Shown one piece after another: positions 60,403-64,000 of a stretch of DNA of 64,000 nt (position 1 is its first letter; each line of letters starts with the position of its first letter). Under the pieces are notes generated by a model. That model had not been told where the DNA came from. It made no database searches and worked only from the letters and a program-made list of their open reading frames with translations. The translations under genes and the position numbers were made by a program. The stretch covers positions 3,225-67,224 of the forward strand of contig JAEWQS010000040.1 in the NCBI GenBank assembly GCA_023399095.1, written 5' to 3'. The DNA is from Bacillota bacterium. Lineage in GTDB: Bacteria; Bacillota; Clostridia; Christensenellales; SZUA-584.

Positions 60403-60711
60403 CTATTTAAACTTGACAGCCGTACCGTATGCCGTAACCTCAGCGGCACCCTGCATCACCGAGCTGGATGTGAAACGCATACCGATAATGGCATCGGCGC
60501 CCAGCATCTTGGCCTGATCCGTCATGCGCTTGACGGCCTGCTCACGCGATTCCTCCATCATCTCTGTATAGCCCTTGAGTTCACCGCCCACAATGGTCTT
60601 AAAACCCGCCATCATATCCTTGCCGATATGCTTGCTCTGTATCATTGAACCTCTCACAAGCCCCAATACCTCATACGGTTTGCCGACATTTTCGATTGTC
60701 ATGATGATCAT
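60403..60711 (-). CDS. YbjQ/UPF0145-family protein
   Basis: The ATG at 60711 (after GGAGGG) gives MIIMTIENVGKPYEVLGLVRGSMIQSKHIGKDMMAGFKTIVGGELKGYTEMMEESREQA...GADAIIGMRF. Confidence 0.8.
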   Translation of the reverse strand: MIIMTIENVGKPYEVLGLVRGSMIQSKHIGKDMMAGFKTIVGGELKGYTEMMEESREQAVKRMTDQAKMLGADAIIGMRFTSSSVMQGAAEVTAYGTAVKFK

Positions 60712-60777
60712 AAAAAACCCTCCGCTATTCATTCTATACAAAATAATGATTCATTATATCACACTGATATATGATTA

Positions 60778-63700
60778 TTAAAGCTTTATCGCTTCGCCGA
60801 TCTTTAAGAAGTAGATATGCATCTCCGTCACATCCTTATGCGTGATGCGCGAGAGCGCCTTGGCGTATAGCGCCAGCTGCACGGCATATTTATTTGCGGC
60901 CTGCTGTGCCTCTCCTTTGCTCACGCTGTCTGTTTTATAGTCCACGACAATCCACTTGCCGTTCTCCACAAAGCAAAGATCGATGACACCTTGAACGACG
61001 ACGCTTTCATCAGATTCTTCGCTCAAACCCGCTTCCTTTGCGCTCATGCGCAGGCAAAACGGCTGCTCGGCACGTACCATCTGTGAGCGTCGCGCCCTTG
61101 CAGCGATATCGCTGTGCAGAAAACGCGATACCGCCCCTGCATCCGCCTCTGATACCAGCGCGGGGTCGATTATACACTTTTGAGCCATTTGTGCAATGCT
61201 TGCTTCGACTGCCGCTTCATCCTTTGGCTCCAGCCCGATATGCTCCATGATACGGTGCATCAGCGTGCCGCGCTGTGCGGCATCGATGCCGTCATCCGCA
61301 GACGGCGCAAACACCGGGCGAAAAATCTCCGGCTCTTGCATCCTTTTGAGTGCCGACACACTGACCTTGGACAGTACGCCCAGATCGTTTTTATGCTGGT
61401 AATCTTCAAAAAGCGATTCAGGCTTCTGTGCCTTGGCCTCCTCCCATAACGCGGCAAGCCGCTCAGGCTTGCCTTGCTTTTGTTCTTCCGCAGAATCGTC
61501 ACGCTCGATGCGCACAAAGTCCTCTAGATTTTCGCCGTTCTCCGCACACATCATCGCCACAGCGGGCATAAGCAAATCGAAATGCGTGCTTGCACCTTGC
61601 TGCCAACCTGCCGCCTTTTGTTCAAGCCATTTGTCTTTAATCTCGCAACCCGCACCAAGTATCACTAGCCGTTCAATCGCGCGCGTCATACCGACGTACA
61701 ACAGGCGTACTGTTTCGGATATCTTTTCTCGCCGCAGCCCGCGCGCCACGGCCAGCCGGTGCAGCGTTGGTTTGCGTATATGCGCCGATTCGTCCAAAAT
61801 ATCCAGCGCCAGCCCTAGGCTACGCCCCACCAGCACGCTGCCGTGCGTATCCCGCTGGTCGATTTTCTTGTGCAGCCCCGATAGTATCACGGCGCGGAAC
61901 TCCAGCCCTTTTGATTTGTGTATCGTCGTCAGGTACACGCCGTCGGATTCCACAGGGTTTTGCTGCGTCTCTTTGGCGCGTCCCAATCTTTCGGCCACGG
62001 TCAGCACATCGGTCAGCGAATGCACGCCCATCGCCGCCACGTCGCTGATAAACGCGCTGATCGCGACTTCGCTTGCCGCACCGCCCGGAGACGTAAGCGC
62101 ATACTCACGCAGACGCATATCCAGCCGCAAACGCATCAGAAAATCCGGCAGCTTCATACAGGCCGCCAAACGGCGATACTGCCCGAATGTCTCGCGAAAG
62201 GCTTGTACCTTTATACCGAGCGCCGAATCCCTTGTAAAAGTGCGAACAGCGTCGCAAAAGCCTGTGTCCCTTAGTCCGAGGCGTATCTGCGCAAGCTCCG
62301 GCTCCGTGAAGCCAAAATGCGGATAGCGCATGACGCTCAGCATCGCGATATCGTCCGTCTCGCTGTGTATCAGCTTGAGCGCGTTAATAAACACACTTAG
62401 CTCGCCGAGCCCCGCATCTGCCGACCCTGCGCCGCCGGAAATGGGAATGTTCATATCCACGAGCGCCTTGGCGATGTGCCGACCCGACTGCGTGATCTCA
62501 GGCCGCAGTATGGCGATATCACCATACGCAAAGCCCTGATTCAACAGCCTTCTGATCTGTGCCCCAATCTCACGTGCTTCGGCTTCTACGTTTTCCTCAT
62601 CCTCGCGGTGCGCGATTATGATCTCTGCCTTGCCCTCGCCCTGCGATCCGGGCTGCAAACACTGCCCGCCCGTGTAATCAACACCGCCGACTTCCTGCGT
62701 CATCATGTGGCGCATCACACCATTGATAAAACGAATGACGCCCGGCCTGCTGCGGTAGTTGGTGTTCATCTCGATGAGCCCGTCCGCTTGAAGCTCACGG
62801 CAGCGCCGTATCAGCAGATCGGGGTTGGACTCACGGAAGGTATAGATGCACTGCTTTACATCGCCCACGAGGAAGTCGTTATTATCTTGCTGTATTTTCG
62901 TGATGATGGTATGCTGCGCTTCGTTGATGTCCTGATACTCGTCCACAAATACATGCGCATATTTGTTTCTGTATCTCACGGCGACCTCGTCTACGCTGAG
63001 CGCCTTAAGCGCAAAATGCATCGTGTCATCGTGGTCGATAAGGTTCTTCGCACGCTTGGCCCGCGCATATCGGGACATGAAAAGCCGTGTCAGGTCGATA
63101 AAAAATCGTCCGTCCTTCGCTTCTGATTTGAGCTCCTGCGCAATCTTTGCAGCAAAGCTGCCTGCGCAGCCGCGCAGGTCGTCCATGCATTTGTTGGCGC
63201 GGTTGGTCATGGTGGAACTCTCGCGGTTGGGCGCACCCTTGGCCTTCACGCTGACGGTCGCCGCTACCGGTAAAATCACATTATCCTTGGTTATGGCCTG
63301 CGCCGTGCGCAGAAATTCGATACGGTCGTTCTCGCTCTCGTCCGCCTGCTCATAAAAGCCCTTTTCACGCCATATCTCGCTGCGTTGTGATAAATAAACT
63401 GACGCGTCCATTGCCGCCGTACGCACCATGCCCATAAATTGCTCAAACAGTGTGTCTACAAACTCACCGCCGTCGAAATGCGAATATGCGTCACTAAGCC
63501 ACTGCTGCGGGTTCTTAAGGCTCACTGCGCGGTTATAGATAGCCATCACGATATGCATGATCTGATCCACGTCGCCCCGGCTTGAGTATTTCTCCACGAT
63601 GGGACTTTTGGCGGCATCTGCCGCCGCCTGCTCGATGGCCTGCTCCAGCGCTTCTTGCTTTAATCGTGCGGTCTCCGCCTCGCTCGCGATCGTGATCGAC

Positions 63701-64000
63701 GGCGATGTGCCCGCGTGTTCAAAGTTGTCGCGTATCAGCCTTCCGCAAAACGCGTGCAGTGTGGATATATCCGCAAAGGCGCACTTCTCCGCCTGTGCCG
63801 CGAGGCGCGGCGATTCTGTCCCCGCGTCCTGAAGCCGTTTATAGATACGCTCACGCATCTCGCTCGCCGCGAGATTGGTAAACGTCACAATCAGCATGTT
63901 TTCAATGTCTTCGCCTTCTTCGATGAGGCGCAGCACGCGCTCTGTGAGCACGCTTGTTTTGCCGCTCCCTGCCGCGGCTGACACCACCACGCTTTTGCCG
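60778..64000 (-). CDS. addA: Helicase-nuclease AddA (UvrD/PcrA-type helicase with a C-terminal PD-(D/E)XK nuclease); N-terminus beyond the window
   Basis: More than 1070 aa. Walker A AAAGSGKTSVL near the window edge; helicase motifs VDEYQD and TIHKSKGLEF; C-terminal nuclease GVIDLCFVENGKWIVVDYKTD. Confidence 0.85.
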   Translation of the reverse strand, partial: GKSVVVSAAAGSGKTSVLTERVLRLIEEGEDIENMLIVTFTNLAASEMRERIYKRLQDAGTESPRLAAQAEKCAFADISTLHAFCGRLIRDNFEHAGTSPSITIASEAETARLKQEALEQAIEQAAADAAKSPIVEKYSSRGDVDQIMHIVMAIYNRAVSLKNPQQWLSDAYSHFDGGEFVDTLFEQFMGMVRTAAMDASVYLSQRSEIWREKGFYEQADESENDRIEFLRTAQAITKDNVILPVAATVSVKAKGAPNRESSTMTNRANKCMDDLRGCAGSFAAKIAQELKSEAKDGRFFIDLTRLFMSRYARAKRAKNLIDHDDTMHFALKALSVDEVAVRYRNKYAHVFVDEYQDINEAQHTIITKIQQDNNDFLVGDVKQCIYTFRESNPDLLIRRCRELQADGLIEMNTNYRSRPGVIRFINGVMRHMMTQEVGGVDYTGGQCLQPGSQGEGKAEIIIAHREDEENVEAEAREIGAQIRRLLNQGFAYGDIAILRPEITQSGRHIAKALVDMNIPISGGAGSADAGLGELSVFINALKLIHSETDDIAMLSVMRYPHFGFTEPELAQIRLGLRDTGFCDAVRTFTRDSALGIKVQAFRETFGQYRRLAACMKLPDFLMRLRLDMRLREYALTSPGGAASEVAISAFISDVAAMGVHSLTDVLTVAERLGRAKETQQNPVESDGVYLTTIHKSKGLEFRAVILSGLHKKIDQRDTHGSVLVGRSLGLALDILDESAHIRKPTLHRLAVARGLRREKISETVRLLYVGMTRAIERLVILGAGCEIKDKWLEQKAAGWQQGASTHFDLLMPAVAMMCAENGENLEDFVRIERDDSAEEQKQGKPERLAALWEEAKAQKPESLFEDYQHKNDLGVLSKVSVSALKRMQEPEIFRPVFAPSADDGIDAAQRGTLMHRIMEHIGLEPKDEAAVEASIAQMAQKCIIDPALVSEADAGAVSRFLHSDIAARARRSQMVRAEQPFCLRMSAKEAGLSEESDESVVVQGVIDLCFVENGKWIVVDYKTDSVSKGEAQQAANKYAVQLALYAKALSRITHKDVTEMHIYFLKIGEAIKL

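Overview
This window comes from a motile, spore-forming Firmicute, probably a Clostridia-like organism. Overall GC is about 50%, with two AT-rich islets. All calls rest on reading the ORF translations and the DNA by eye; no database search was possible.

The left 11 kb is housekeeping. It holds a truncated aminotransferase, an Lrp/AsnC regulator, a zinc-ribbon protein, two tandem VanW paralogues, YjbQ, Rex, a membrane protein with a P/Q/Y-rich tail, a four-domain CoA-disulfide-reductase/rhodanese/TusA/DsrE fusion with a ferredoxin, a DUF2569-like membrane protein and an alpha/beta SASP.

From 11.5 to 58.2 kb the window is essentially one flagellar/chemotaxis regulon in several blocks:
- fliF-G-H-I-J-ylxF-fliK-flgD-flgE-flbD-motA-motB-fliL-fliM-fliY (minus strand)
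- flagellin (plus strand), with a sigma-28 promoter and two CsrA-type GGA hairpins in its leader
- yvyF-flgM-flgN-flgK-flgL-fliW-csrA
- the rod genes flhO/flhP behind their own sigma-28 promoter
- cheR-cheB-SLT-flgB-flgC-fliE-fliO-P-Q-R-flhB-A-F-G-pilZ-sigD, ending in a membrane-anchored HTH protein
- a fliD-fliS-fliT block preceded by a second FliK-like protein, a free-standing FlhB-C-terminal paralogue and a putative Cys/His peptidoglycan hydrolase
- a plus-strand cheC-cheD-cheY-cheA-HD-GYP operon

The right end holds an AT-rich islet (a MerR-family regulator and a polytopic membrane protein behind a 19-bp-spacer MerR-type promoter), YbjQ and a truncated AddA.

The least ordinary feature lies between the convergent hag and csrA terminators (26.1-27.2 kb). 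It is an array of GC-rich GTAG-plus-hairpin repeats arranged as head-to-head doublets (REP/REPIN-like). The array surrounds a RAYT-like HUH/Y1 transposase gene that carries an in-frame TGA. No tRNA, rRNA, CRISPR array or defence system was seen.
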